A stretch of DNA of 64,000 nucleotides from an uncultured Methanomassiliicoccales archaeon (GTDB lineage: Archaea > Thermoplasmatota > Thermoplasmata > Methanomassiliicoccales > Methanomethylophilaceae), in contig CASFYI010000063.1 of assembly GCA_949298875.1 (NCBI GenBank), forward strand, positions 2,021-66,020, given 5' to 3'. Within the stretch, counting starts at the first letter, position 1. Each line of letters begins with the position of its first letter. Shown here one piece after another: positions 32,889 through 42,381 of the stretch. The notes under the pieces were generated by a model. The model worked only from the letters and a program-made list of their open reading frames with translations. It had not been told where the DNA came from and did no database searches. The translations under genes were made by a program, and so were the position numbers.

Positions 32889-33467
32889 ATGCGCATAGCA
32901 TCTTTCTCCAGGACCGACATGGTCACGTGGCCCGGCAGACAGGTGAGCGTCCTCGTCGTCGACGGCTCCGACGGACCGGGCGAGGACCCCGAAGCGGTGG
33001 CCGCCGTAGCCGGACGCGACACCGACATCGTGGACGCCATGATAGTCCGCAGCTCCGGCGGGGATCCGGAGGCGCTCCCCGGGATCCACAGGCTCATCAA
33101 GGCCGTCCGCCCCAAGGGGCTGCCCGTCGTCATCGAGACGTCCGGAAGGCATCCGGACGAGCTGGACGACCTCATCGGCGCGGGATACGCGACCGGCATC
33201 GGGCTCCTGATGGACGGGTCCGCCGACGCGGACCAGCGCAGGAGCATCCGCATCGCCGAGGACGACGGGGGGACCTTCGACGCCATCGCCCGCCTGGACG
33301 CGGGGACGCCCGAGGAGACGATCCTCGCGGCGGCGGATTCCGTAGAGGGATACGGGATGTTCGTGCTCCGGATGCCGGCGAGGCCGGCCCCCGGGTACGA
33401 CAGGAAAAGGTTGGACGCCCTGGCGAAATCCCTGAGGGGACGCGCCAGGAACGTCCGCGTCGGCCGA
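32889..33467 (+). CDS. Degenerate NrdG-like activase lacking CxxxCxxC (ends at CGA)
   Basis: WPG..SVL, SGGDP, IETSG.HP..L..L resemble NrdG-type radical SAM activases; CGA 33465-33467 abuts the convergent TGA. Confidence 0.5.
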
Positions 33468-34868
33468 TCAGAACTTGTCGAGATCGAGACCGACCACGGG
33501 GCTGAGGCGCCTCGTGCTCTCGTTTACATATTTCACAGGCGCATCGCAGTCGCTCTTGAGCCTCGCGATGGCCTCGGCATTCTTCGAGAAGATGCCCGCG
33601 GACATGCCGCACTCGGTGTTGGAGAGCTCCTCGAAGGCGCCCTCGAGGTCCGGGACCACCTTGACATCGAGGATCGGGAGTCCGGAGTCCATGAAATCCA
33701 GCTCGTTCTCCTCGTCCAGTCCGGAGACGATGAACGGGGACACGTAGTTGGGAGCGCTGGGATCCATGCACCTGGGGGCCTTGGATATCGTGAACGCGGC
33801 GTTCTCCATCGCGAGCTCCGAGAACCTCTCGGCGGCCTCCATGCTTATGACGGGTCCGGTGAAGGTGGTGTCGAGGACGGGGTCCCCCACGACGAGGTCC
33901 TTCATCCTCTCCACGAGGGCGTCCACCAGCTGCTTCTGCTCGTCCATGGTGACGATGACCTTGGAGCAGGAGTGGATCCTCTGGCCGCTGTAGGCGAACG
34001 CGGACTCCAGGATCATCCTGGCAGCCGCCTTCATGTCGCCGGGGCGGTAGACGATGCACGGGCTCATGCCCTTGAGGTTGTTGACGAAGCGGAGCTCGTC
34101 GTCGATCTGGAGGAACATCATGTCCTCCATCCTGTCGCCGGAGCCGGAGGCCACGACGCCGCGGAGCGACATATCGTTGGCCAGCTCCTGGGTGGACTCG
34201 TACTCGTTGCGGTCGACCACGAGGTTCAGGACCCCTCCGGGGAGCCCGCTGCGCTCCGTGGTGGAGTAGAAGTCGTAGATCGGCATGGGGCACGTGTTGG
34301 ACGGATTCATGACGACCGCGTTCCCGGCGATCATCGCCCCGACGGCGTACGCGACGGGGGATGCGAGCGGGGAGTTGTGCTGGGTGATGACCGCCCACAC
34401 CCCGGACTTCCTACCCTTGTAGGAGGGGGCGTCCGCGATGAGCTTCTCCAGCGCGGCGATGAGCGAATCCACCTCGAACAGCGCATCCTCGCGGACCATG
34501 CCGGAGGCCACGGAGACGATCGCGGCGTAGTGCATCCTCCTCGCCTTCAGCCCGTTGAGGTACGGGACGAAGTACGAAGCGCGCTTCTCCGCAGGGATGC
34601 GGGACCACTCGGCGACCTTCTTGCCGGCCTCGGCGACGGCGGCCCTCATAGTGCCGGCCTCGGGCTCCTGGAAAGAGCCGTAGCGGATCGACTCGTCGAC
34701 CGGGCTGCACAGGTAGAACAGGTTGCCGGACCCGATCTTGAGCCCTCCGATGTAGCAGGGGTAGTCCTTCTTCTCCCCGCCGAGGACGGTGTCGAACTCC
34801 TTCTCGAAGAGCCTGCCCTCCTCGGTCCTCTGGGTCTCGGGTATTTTCGCTTCCGAAATCTGTGCCAT
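33468..34868 (-). CDS. Aldehyde/P5C dehydrogenase-like protein with degenerate active site
   Basis: GLPGGVLNLV, AFAYSGQR.., GPVI; NLKGMSP replaces ELGGK. Confidence 0.75.
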   Translation of the reverse strand: MAQISEAKIPETQRTEEGRLFEKEFDTVLGGEKKDYPCYIGGLKIGSGNLFYLCSPVDESIRYGSFQEPEAGTMRAAVAEAGKKVAEWSRIPAEKRASYFVPYLNGLKARRMHYAAIVSVASGMVREDALFEVDSLIAALEKLIADAPSYKGRKSGVWAVITQHNSPLASPVAYAVGAMIAGNAVVMNPSNTCPMPIYDFYSTTERSGLPGGVLNLVVDRNEYESTQELANDMSLRGVVASGSGDRMEDMMFLQIDDELRFVNNLKGMSPCIVYRPGDMKAAARMILESAFAYSGQRIHSCSKVIVTMDEQKQLVDALVERMKDLVVGDPVLDTTFTGPVISMEAAERFSELAMENAAFTISKAPRCMDPSAPNYVSPFIVSGLDEENELDFMDSGLPILDVKVVPDLEGAFEELSNTECGMSAGIFSKNAEAIARLKSDCDAPVKYVNESTRRLSPVVGLDLDKF

Positions 34869-34961
34869 CGGGCGGGAATCGCCTAGGTGGGGTTAAGCGT
34901 TATGCGTCGTCCGCGCTGGATATGGGTATCGCGACGGAATCATCGGGAATTAGAACATGAG

Positions 34962-35035
34962 TGGACCCAGCCGGATTCGAACCGGCGACCTCCGCCGTGT
35001 GAAGGCGACGTCATAACCAACTAGACCATGAGTCC
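34962..35035 (-). tRNA. tRNA-Val(CAC)
   Basis: ggactca/tgggtcc stem, tcgcc-ttCACac-ggcgg. Confidence 0.95.
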
Positions 35036-35082
35036 GTTAGGACAGGGCAACAGGTCGCCCTATTTATTGATGACGAAAGGAG

Positions 35083-35158
35083 TGGTGGGCCCGGCCGGGA
35101 TTGAACCGGCGACCTTCGCCTTGTAAGGGCGACGTCATAACCACTAGACCACGAGCCC
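35083..35158 (-). tRNA. tRNA-Val(TAC), CCA encoded
   Basis: gggctcg stem, tcgcc-ctTACaa-ggcga. Confidence 0.95.
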
Positions 35159-35250
35159 GCAGGTTCCGATAGATGGATTTGGTATTTAAAGAGAACACAG
35201 ACTGGACCATCAGCCTCAATTAAATATGTAGACTGTATTCGAGCCCCTGC

Positions 35251-35325
35251 GCGATTGTAGTCTAGCGGTTAGGACGGGGGCTTCCCAAGCCTCTGACCCG
35301 GGTTCGATTCCCGGCAATCGCACCA
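35251..35325 (+). tRNA. tRNA-Gly(CCC), CCA encoded
   Basis: gcgattg/caatcgc stem, ggggc-ttCCCaa-gcctc. Confidence 0.95.
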
Positions 35326-35394
35326 TCTCCTGAATTCTGCATCGTTTCGACATCCATCGAAACCCCTAAAAGAACGGCCCCCAATCGCCGTCGC

Positions 35395-36432
35395 ATGGAT
35401 ATGCTCGAGATAGACGGCTCCCGCGGAGAGGGAGGGGGACAGATGGTCCGCACGTCGGTGGCCATGTCCACCGTCACGGGCATACCGCTGCACCTCACCC
35501 GCATAAGGGAGAACAGGCCGACCAACGGACTCTCCAGACAGCACGTGGCCGCGGTCAAGGCCGTCGCCAGGATGGCGGGATCCACCGTGGAGGGATGCAC
35601 CATGGGCTCCGGGGACCTCAAGTTCTACCCCGGGACCGAGCAGGAGTACGACATCGACGTGAACATCAGCTCCGCGGGCAGCATCAGCCTGGTCCTGCAG
35701 GCGATGCTCCTGGCCGCGAGGAACCACACCCGCAGGCTCACCGTCGACATCAGCGGGGGGACCAACGTCATGTGGGCCCCGCCCATCGACTCCTATTCCA
35801 CCCTCCTGTTCCCCATGATGAGGCGCATGGGCATCAACGCCGACGTCAAGATCATCGACAGGGGCTTCTACCCCCAGGGCGGGGGACGCGTCATCGCCAC
35901 CCTCGACCCGATAGGCGACATAACCCCGCTGGCGCTGGACTCCCTGGGGGAGCTCGTCCAGGTCCGCGGGATCTGTTTCTGCCAGCGCCTGGCCGACTGG
36001 ATACCCGAGGCCATGGTGAAGAGCTGCAGGCAGGCCTTCGAACCCGACATCGACGTGGACATCGAGGTCCAGCGCACCGAGGGGGACTCCCGCGGAGCGG
36101 GACTGGTCCTGGTCGCGGAGTATGAGAACGGGATGCTCGGCAGCAACGCCCTGTCCGCCAGGGGCCAGTCACCCGAGAGGAGCGGCAAGGACGCCGCCAG
36201 GGACCTGATCAGCGAGATGCAGAGCGGTGCGACCATGGACGTCCACACCGCCGACCAGCTCCTCCCGTACATGGCCATGGCCACCGGGGAGAGCTCGTTC
36301 AACGTCTCCAGGATCAGCAGGCACCTGCTGAGCCAGATGGATACGCTGGAGTCCTTCCTCGATGTGAAGTTCGGGGTCGAGAGGACCAACGATGTCTACC
36401 GTTTCACGGTCACGCCGGGGGCGAAGAGATGA
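35395..36432 (+). CDS. rtcA: RNA 3'-terminal phosphate cyclase
   Basis: IDGSRGEGGGQ, GL..QH, RGFYPQGGG, HTADQL. Confidence 0.95.
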   Translation: MDMLEIDGSRGEGGGQMVRTSVAMSTVTGIPLHLTRIRENRPTNGLSRQHVAAVKAVARMAGSTVEGCTMGSGDLKFYPGTEQEYDIDVNISSAGSISLVLQAMLLAARNHTRRLTVDISGGTNVMWAPPIDSYSTLLFPMMRRMGINADVKIIDRGFYPQGGGRVIATLDPIGDITPLALDSLGELVQVRGICFCQRLADWIPEAMVKSCRQAFEPDIDVDIEVQRTEGDSRGAGLVLVAEYENGMLGSNALSARGQSPERSGKDAARDLISEMQSGATMDVHTADQLLPYMAMATGESSFNVSRISRHLLSQMDTLESFLDVKFGVERTNDVYRFTVTPGAKR

Positions 36433-37058
36433 GACCTTTCGTGCACGTCAACTGCGCAATGTCCGCCGACGGCAAGATAGCCGGGGACGACAGGACCCAG
36501 GTAACGATCTCCTCCGAGGAGGACAAGGCCCGCGCCAAGGGGCTCAGGCGCAAGTACGACGCCATACTCGTGGGCGTCGGCACCGTCGTCGCCGACGATC
36601 CGCACCTCACGCTCAAGGACCTGGACTACGACACCAACCCCATCAGGATCGTCCTGGACCCCCACGGGAGGACCCCGGACGAGGCGAAGATCCTGGACGA
36701 GAGGGCGCCGACCATAATGGTCACCCTCGAGGGCTGCGACCGCGAGTGGGACTGCGAGGAGATCATCCGCGCCGGCACCGACCGCATCGATCTGGGGAAG
36801 GTCATGGAGGAGCTCGCGGACATGGGGGTCGAGAACGTCCTCGTGGAGGGCGGCGGCGAGACGATATCGTCGTTCTTCAGGGCCGGCATGGTGGACAGGT
36901 ACACCGTGTTCGTCGGAGGCCTCGTCATCGGCGGAAGAAACGCTCCCACGCCCTGCGACGGCGACGGGTGGGTGGCCGACGGGGGAGTGAGACTCACGCT
37001 CGTGTCCTGCGAGACCCTGGGCAACGGCGCCCTCCTGACGTTCGAGCCGTCAAGATGA
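36429..37058 (+). CDS. 2,5-diamino-6-ribosylamino-pyrimidinone 5'-phosphate reductase (RibD C-terminal type)
   Basis: AMSADGKI, DAILVG.GTV..DDP.L, VEGGG. Confidence 0.9.
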   Translation: MRPFVHVNCAMSADGKIAGDDRTQVTISSEEDKARAKGLRRKYDAILVGVGTVVADDPHLTLKDLDYDTNPIRIVLDPHGRTPDEAKILDERAPTIMVTLEGCDREWDCEEIIRAGTDRIDLGKVMEELADMGVENVLVEGGGETISSFFRAGMVDRYTVFVGGLVIGGRNAPTPCDGDGWVADGGVRLTLVSCETLGNGALLTFEPSR

Positions 37059-37805
37059 TCGCTGGCTCACTGGCTCGATGGTGAAGCGGAAGTAGTTGCC
37101 GTCGAGGCCGAAGACCTCGCTGGATGTTACCGAATAGGTCTTTCCGGTCGCGTCCTCCAGGACCTTGCTGAAGAATCCGATGGCGTAGTTGCCGAGGGAC
37201 TTGGCGGCATCCTCCGAGAACGAGAGATCGTCCTTTATCGTGATGGACAGCGGCTTCAGGGAGAACACGCTGGCGTCCCCGAACCCCATCTTCTTGTAGT
37301 AGTCCCTGGCGTTGGCGACCGTGTCCTCTATGGTTGGCCCCGTGAGGAACCCGCCCAGCGCCATGGCGTGTATGGACCCCAGGATCGTGGCCATGGGCTC
37401 CACCGACAGCCCCATCCCGTCGAACCCCAGGAAGAGGAACTTGGTCAGGGCGTTGCGCGTCGCGATGGGATCGTCCGCGACCTCCGAGAGGACCTTCATC
37501 GCCATGGTCATGGCGTCGTCCGACGGGGGCTTGGAGTAGGCGAGCATGATGGACACGAGGGAGTACACCTTCCTCCTGCTGTCCTCGGGATCGTCGTGGA
37601 CGGCGATGAGGCTCTCGTCGACCATCTTGTCCAGATGCACAGACAAAGTCGACTGCGCCTTGCCGAGGATCTTGGAGAGGTCGGTGAGGGACAGGTCCCT
37701 CGTTTCCAGCTCGTGGAGGATGCGGCGCCTCACGTCGTTCGACACCTGCACCAGTCCGTTCTTGGTGAAGTACAGCTCGAAGTCTGTGAGGGGGCCGTCG
37801 GTCAT
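37059..37805 (-). CDS. ArsR-type wHTH regulator with V4R-like C-terminal domain (CGA end; TGA three codons later)
   Basis: RRILHEL...KAQSTLSVHL..M; CGA 37059-37061 abuts the upstream reductase TGA. Confidence 0.8.
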
Positions 37806-37920
37806 GAGCCGGGTGATGCCTGCGAATGATAAAAACTGTACGCATCATGAAACGGGAGCTCCGCAAGGACGGGGGTCGGCATCATCTTATCTACGTTCCC
37901 GACCTTCCCCCGCTGTTAAC

Positions 37921-38919
37921 ATGAAGGCTGTCGTAGACGGAATCAGGAAGGACATCAGGGCCGTCTGGTTCGAGGGCGGCGAGGTCCGCATGATCGACCA
38001 GAGGCTGCTGCCGGCCAGGATCGGCATCGTCGGGTTCAGGGACTACCGCGACGTGGCCGAGGCCATCAGGAACATGACCACCCGCGGGGCGCCGTCCATC
38101 GGTGCCTCCGCCGCTTACGGCATGTGCCTCGCTGCCCTGAACGGGGACGACCTCGCCCGGGCCGCCGGCGATATCAAGGCCGCCCGCCCCACCGCGTACG
38201 ACCTCTTCCACGCCGTGGACTGGATGTCCGCCAGGCTCGCCGAGGGCGAGGACCCGGTGAAGGCCGCCGACACGTACGCGGAGACCACCGTCGAGAAATG
38301 CAGGAGCATCGGCAGGTACGGCGGAGAGCTCATCGAGGACGGCATGAAGCTGATGACCCACTGCAACGCGGGGGCCCTCGCCACCGTCGACGTCGGCACC
38401 GCGCTCGCCCCCATGAGGTACGCACACGACGCCGGCAGGGACTTCTTCGTCTACGTGTCCGAGACGAGACCGCGCCTCCAGGGCATGCAGCTCACCGCCT
38501 GGGAGCTGTGGCAGGAGGGCATCGAGCACAAGATCATCCCGGACGGGGCGTCCGCCTACTACATGAGCCAGGGCGTCGACATGATCATCACCGGGGCGGA
38601 CAGGATCACCGCCAACGGAGACTTCGCCAACAAGATCGGGACCTTCGACAAGGCCATCGTCGCGAAGCACTTCGGCATCCCGTTCTACGTCGCCGCGCCC
38701 GTGTCCACCTTCGACCTGTCCATGGAGTCGGGCAAGGACATAGTCATCGAGCAGCGCTCCCAGGACGAGGTATGCGTCATGAACGGCACCAGGATCGCCC
38801 CCGAGGGCTCCCAGGCGCTGAACCCCGCGTTCGACGTCACCCCCGCGGAGCTCGTGACCGGGTTCATCACCGAGAAGGGGATCCTCAGACCGGACGAGGT
38901 CCACGTCATGAGGGACTGA
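37921..38919 (+). CDS. mtnA: Methylthioribose-1-phosphate isomerase
   Basis: IDQRLLP, RGAPSIG, ARPTA, THCNAGALA, ETRPRLQG, NKIGT, NPAFDVTP. Confidence 0.93.
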   Translation: MKAVVDGIRKDIRAVWFEGGEVRMIDQRLLPARIGIVGFRDYRDVAEAIRNMTTRGAPSIGASAAYGMCLAALNGDDLARAAGDIKAARPTAYDLFHAVDWMSARLAEGEDPVKAADTYAETTVEKCRSIGRYGGELIEDGMKLMTHCNAGALATVDVGTALAPMRYAHDAGRDFFVYVSETRPRLQGMQLTAWELWQEGIEHKIIPDGASAYYMSQGVDMIITGADRITANGDFANKIGTFDKAIVAKHFGIPFYVAAPVSTFDLSMESGKDIVIEQRSQDEVCVMNGTRIAPEGSQALNPAFDVTPAELVTGFITEKGILRPDEVHVMRD

Positions 38920-38920
38920 C

Positions 38921-39523
38921 ATGGACGAGACGGAGGCTCGCAGGGCGCTGGTCGCGACCTGCAGGATGCTGTACGACAGGGACCTCACCGTGTCGGCCGG
39001 CGGGAACATGAGCGTCAGGATCGACGATGGGATCCTTATCACGCCGTCCGGCAGGAACAAGGGCCTGCTGTCCCCCGAGGACCTGGTGAAGGTCTCCATG
39101 GACGGCACCGTGATCTCAGGAGGGAAGCCGTCGATCGAGACCGGCTTCCATCTGGCACTGTACCGCGCCAACCCCGGGACGAACGCGGTGGTCCACTGCC
39201 ACCCGCTCAACTGCATCGCGATCACCGTCAGGGGCGAGAGGCTCAGATGCAACCTCACCCCCGAGGGGGCGCTCCTCCTCGGAAGGGTCGCGGAGGTCCC
39301 GTACGTGACCCCGGGCACCCAGGAGCTCGTGGACGCGGTCGCGGAGCACGCGGATGCGAAGGCTATGCTCATGGTCCGCCACGGGGCACTGACCCAGGGG
39401 ACCACCCTGGAGGAGGCCTTCGACAGGATGGAGGAGCTGGAGTTCCAGGCCCGCCTGCAGCTGCTCTGCGGCGATGCGGAGGACCTTCCGGACTCCGAGC
39501 TCGCGAAGCTGGGGGTGATGTGA
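38921..39523 (+). CDS. Class II aldolase/adducin family protein
   Basis: GGNMS.R, ITPSG, PSIE..FH, HCH, RHG. Confidence 0.9.
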   Translation: MDETEARRALVATCRMLYDRDLTVSAGGNMSVRIDDGILITPSGRNKGLLSPEDLVKVSMDGTVISGGKPSIETGFHLALYRANPGTNAVVHCHPLNCIAITVRGERLRCNLTPEGALLLGRVAEVPYVTPGTQELVDAVAEHADAKAMLMVRHGALTQGTTLEEAFDRMEELEFQARLQLLCGDAEDLPDSELAKLGVM

Positions 39524-40626
39524 TGGCAGTATTGGTCACCAAATGGTTCGGGTGCTTCCTCGTGGACGAGAAGTCCGGGAGGATCCTCGACAAGAGGCTG
39601 ATGCCCAAGGACGCCGAGGCCGCGGCGCAGAAGCTGGCGGAGATGCAGCGCGGAGGCGTGCTCGACGAGGAGCGCGAGCTCGTCGCCGGGATCGAGAAGC
39701 CGTCGGTGTCCGAGCGCAGGCAGTCCGAGCTCGGGAAGCCCATGATGTTCGACTCCTCGTTCATCCATGCCGCCGACTACGGATACGACGACGCGTTCAT
39801 GCACGAGGTCATGCTGGGACTCGGCAGGCTCAGGACCTCCGAACCCATAGCCAGGGACCGCAGCATGGCCCAGGCCATCAGATGCCTGGACGACCAGATC
39901 GCGACGATCAACCTGTACAGCGAGAGGCTGCACGAGTGGTACGGGATGCACTTCCCGGAGCTTGCGGACTACGCCCACGACAGGAGATACGCCGAGCTCG
40001 TCGCCAGATACGGCGACAGGGACTCCGTGATGGGGGAGCTCGGGATCGACATCGAGTCCATCGGGTCCGACATGGACGAGGAGGACCTCCGCGCGGTCAT
40101 GGACCTGGCGGACACCCTCGACCGCCTCTACGACGACGAGCTCAGGACCCAGGCCTACGTCCAGGGGATCGTCGAGGAGTCGTGCCCCAACATGTGCGCC
40201 ATGCTCGGGGGGTCGCTGGCCGCGAGGCTGGTGTCCCTCGCCGGAGGGCTGGAGAGGCTCGCCTCCCTCCCGTCCTCCACGGTGCAGCTCCTCGGGGCCG
40301 AGAAGGCCATGTTCAGGAGCATGCGCTCCGGCAAGAGGGGACCCAAGCACGGCATAATCTACCAGCACCCGGAGGTCCACCGCTCGCCGTACTGGCAGCG
40401 CGGGAAGGTCGCCAGGGCGCTGGCCGGCAAGGTCCTGATCGCTGCGAAGATCGACGAGTACCACGGCGAGTTCGCCGGCGACCGCCTGAACGAGGAGTTC
40501 AGGGCGAGGGTGGAGGACATCCGCAGGAGGTACCCCGACCCGCCGAAGAAGCCCCAGAAGCAAAAGTCGGGCAAGCCCAGGAACAGGGGCGGCAAGGGCA
40601 AGGGCGGACCGCGCAGACGGCGATGA
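39523..40626 (+). CDS. nop5: Box C/D RNP protein Nop5 (ends CGA-TGA)
   Basis: EWYG.HFPEL, PSSTVQLLGAEKA, PKHG.IYQHP, RGK.AR.LA.K. Confidence 0.93.
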   Translation: MAVLVTKWFGCFLVDEKSGRILDKRLMPKDAEAAAQKLAEMQRGGVLDEERELVAGIEKPSVSERRQSELGKPMMFDSSFIHAADYGYDDAFMHEVMLGLGRLRTSEPIARDRSMAQAIRCLDDQIATINLYSERLHEWYGMHFPELADYAHDRRYAELVARYGDRDSVMGELGIDIESIGSDMDEEDLRAVMDLADTLDRLYDDELRTQAYVQGIVEESCPNMCAMLGGSLAARLVSLAGGLERLASLPSSTVQLLGAEKAMFRSMRSGKRGPKHGIIYQHPEVHRSPYWQRGKVARALAGKVLIAAKIDEYHGEFAGDRLNEEFRARVEDIRRRYPDPPKKPQKQKSGKPRNRGGKGKGGPRRRR

Positions 40627-40943
40627 GTGTGTACCTCGGTTACATCCTCTGCGCAGCGGCAGTCGTCATCGCCACCGCGACCCTGGGGCTCATGTTCGCG
40701 TACAGAGCCAGAGCCAGACGGCTCCGCGCGGACATCCCCTCGGGTGCCTGTCCAATCGCGTACTGGACACCATTGGTAGTGCTCACCGCCGTCGCCGCGG
40801 GCGGATACCTCGCAGGTTCGAACGATCCGGCATGGATGATCCTGGTTCCGATCGGATTCCTGCTGAGGTATCTGCTGTACTATGTCATCGATGTCAGGAG
40901 ACTCCTCCGGGACTCTGACAGGTTATCCTCCGATCGGACCTGA
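40623..40943 (+). CDS. Small hypothetical membrane protein
   Basis: ATG overlaps the nop5 end; about 3 hydrophobic segments. Confidence 0.55.
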   Translation: MSVYLGYILCAAAVVIATATLGLMFAYRARARRLRADIPSGACPIAYWTPLVVLTAVAAGGYLAGSNDPAWMILVPIGFLLRYLLYYVIDVRRLLRDSDRLSSDRT

Positions 40944-41135
40944 TTCATACATGCTGGCACCAGACGACTGTCAGATTCCGATTATCCCAGTAATCTTAAT
41001 ATCCAGATATTCCCGTAGGGGTGGTCCAGATAGCATGATTGCAAAGAACATGCGTATCGACACCTCCTTCACGGGGGTGAACCTCCGGCCTTGATGGGCA
41101 CGGAGCCATTCATCAATATGAGAGAGTGAGTCCAA

Positions 41136-41513
41136 ATGTGGGAGATGAAAGAGATCAGGGAGCTGAAAGAGGGCAGGTACGTCAACGTCGACGACGAGCC
41201 CTGCAAGATCATCAAGATCACGACCTCCAAGCCCGGAAAGCACGGATCCGCCAAAGCCAACGTTGACGCGGTCAGCATCTTCACCGGCGCGAAGAAGTCC
41301 ATCGTCGGACCCGTGAGCACCAAGGTCCAGGTGCCCGTCATCGACAAGAGGAAGGGACAGATCCTGACCCTCAGCGATGAGGAGGCCCTCATCATGGACA
41401 TGGAGACCTTCGAGCAGATCTCTATCCCCATCAACGCCGACCACGAGCAGCCCCTCGCCGAGGGCGGAGAGATCCTCTACCTCGAGGCCATGGGCAGATA
41501 CAAGATAATGTGA
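41136..41513 (+). CDS. eif5a: Translation initiation factor aIF-5A
   Basis: SKPGKHGSAK hypusine motif. Confidence 0.96.
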   Translation: MWEMKEIRELKEGRYVNVDDEPCKIIKITTSKPGKHGSAKANVDAVSIFTGAKKSIVGPVSTKVQVPVIDKRKGQILTLSDEEALIMDMETFEQISIPINADHEQPLAEGGEILYLEAMGRYKIM

Positions 41514-41514
41514 G

Positions 41515-42381
41515 GTGAAACCTATGTCGTACGGGCTTGCCTACGCCGGCGCCGAATCGGAATACAACGACGCGGAGGCCGTGATATTCGGCATCCCGTA
41601 CGACCACACCGCCTGTTTCAAGGCGGGTGCCAGGGAGGCTCCGACCGCCATCCGGCGGGCCTCCTACAATTTTGAGGAGATACACTTCGAGCACGGGATC
41701 CACCAGAGACGCCTCGAGGTGTACGACTACGGGAACTGCGACGACTTCATCCTTCCCGAGGACATGTTCGCCGAGGTGGACTTCGCCGTCCGCCCCGCCA
41801 TCAACGACGGGAAGTTCACGGTGGCCATCGGTGGGGAGCACTCCATCAACATCCCGATCATACGCGCATTTCCCGAGAGGAGCATCGCGCTCATCTCGAT
41901 AGACGCCCACCTCGATTCGAGAGACGAGTACCTCGGGACCCCGAACAGCCACGCCTGCGTCATGAGGCGCGCCGCGGAGCACCTGGGGCTGGACAACGTC
42001 TACGTCCTCGGAGCCAGGGCCATCGGCGAGGAGGAGCTCGACAGGGACGACGTCGTCCCGTTCATCAGCTCCTACGACATCATGGACATGGGGATCGAGA
42101 AGGCCATCGGCAAGGCCCTCGACGAGGTCAAGGCCGAGAAGGTCTACCTCACCGTGGACATCGATGGGATCGACCCCGCGTTCGCACCCGGGACCGGCAC
42201 GCCCGAACCGTTCGGACTCATGCCGATGGATGTGAAGAATGTCATCAACATCATCGGCGAGAGGCTCGTGGGATTCGACGTCAACGAGGTCTGCCCTCCG
42301 GCCGACCCCTCCGGCATAACCTCGATCCTGGCGGCCAGGCTCATCAACGAGGCTCTGGCTGTGCACGCGAAGCATCTGTGA
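41515..42381 (+). CDS. speB: Agmatinase
   Basis: GGEHS, DAHLD, SHAC, DIDGIDPAFAPGTGTPEP; next to eif5a. Confidence 0.93.
   Translation: MKPMSYGLAYAGAESEYNDAEAVIFGIPYDHTACFKAGAREAPTAIRRASYNFEEIHFEHGIHQRRLEVYDYGNCDDFILPEDMFAEVDFAVRPAINDGKFTVAIGGEHSINIPIIRAFPERSIALISIDAHLDSRDEYLGTPNSHACVMRRAAEHLGLDNVYVLGARAIGEEELDRDDVVPFISSYDIMDMGIEKAIGKALDEVKAEKVYLTVDIDGIDPAFAPGTGTPEPFGLMPMDVKNVINIIGERLVGFDVNEVCPPADPSGITSILAARLINEALAVHAKHL

Noticed and set aside
41030-41135. Possible C/D box sRNA or leader upstream of eif5a
   Set aside because: No convincing RUGAUGA/CUGA pair; only weak hairpins.
42344-42381. 38-nt convergent overlap between speB and the phosphohexomutase as another recoding site
   Set aside because: No CGA in frame; both genes end in TGA, an ordinary overlap.
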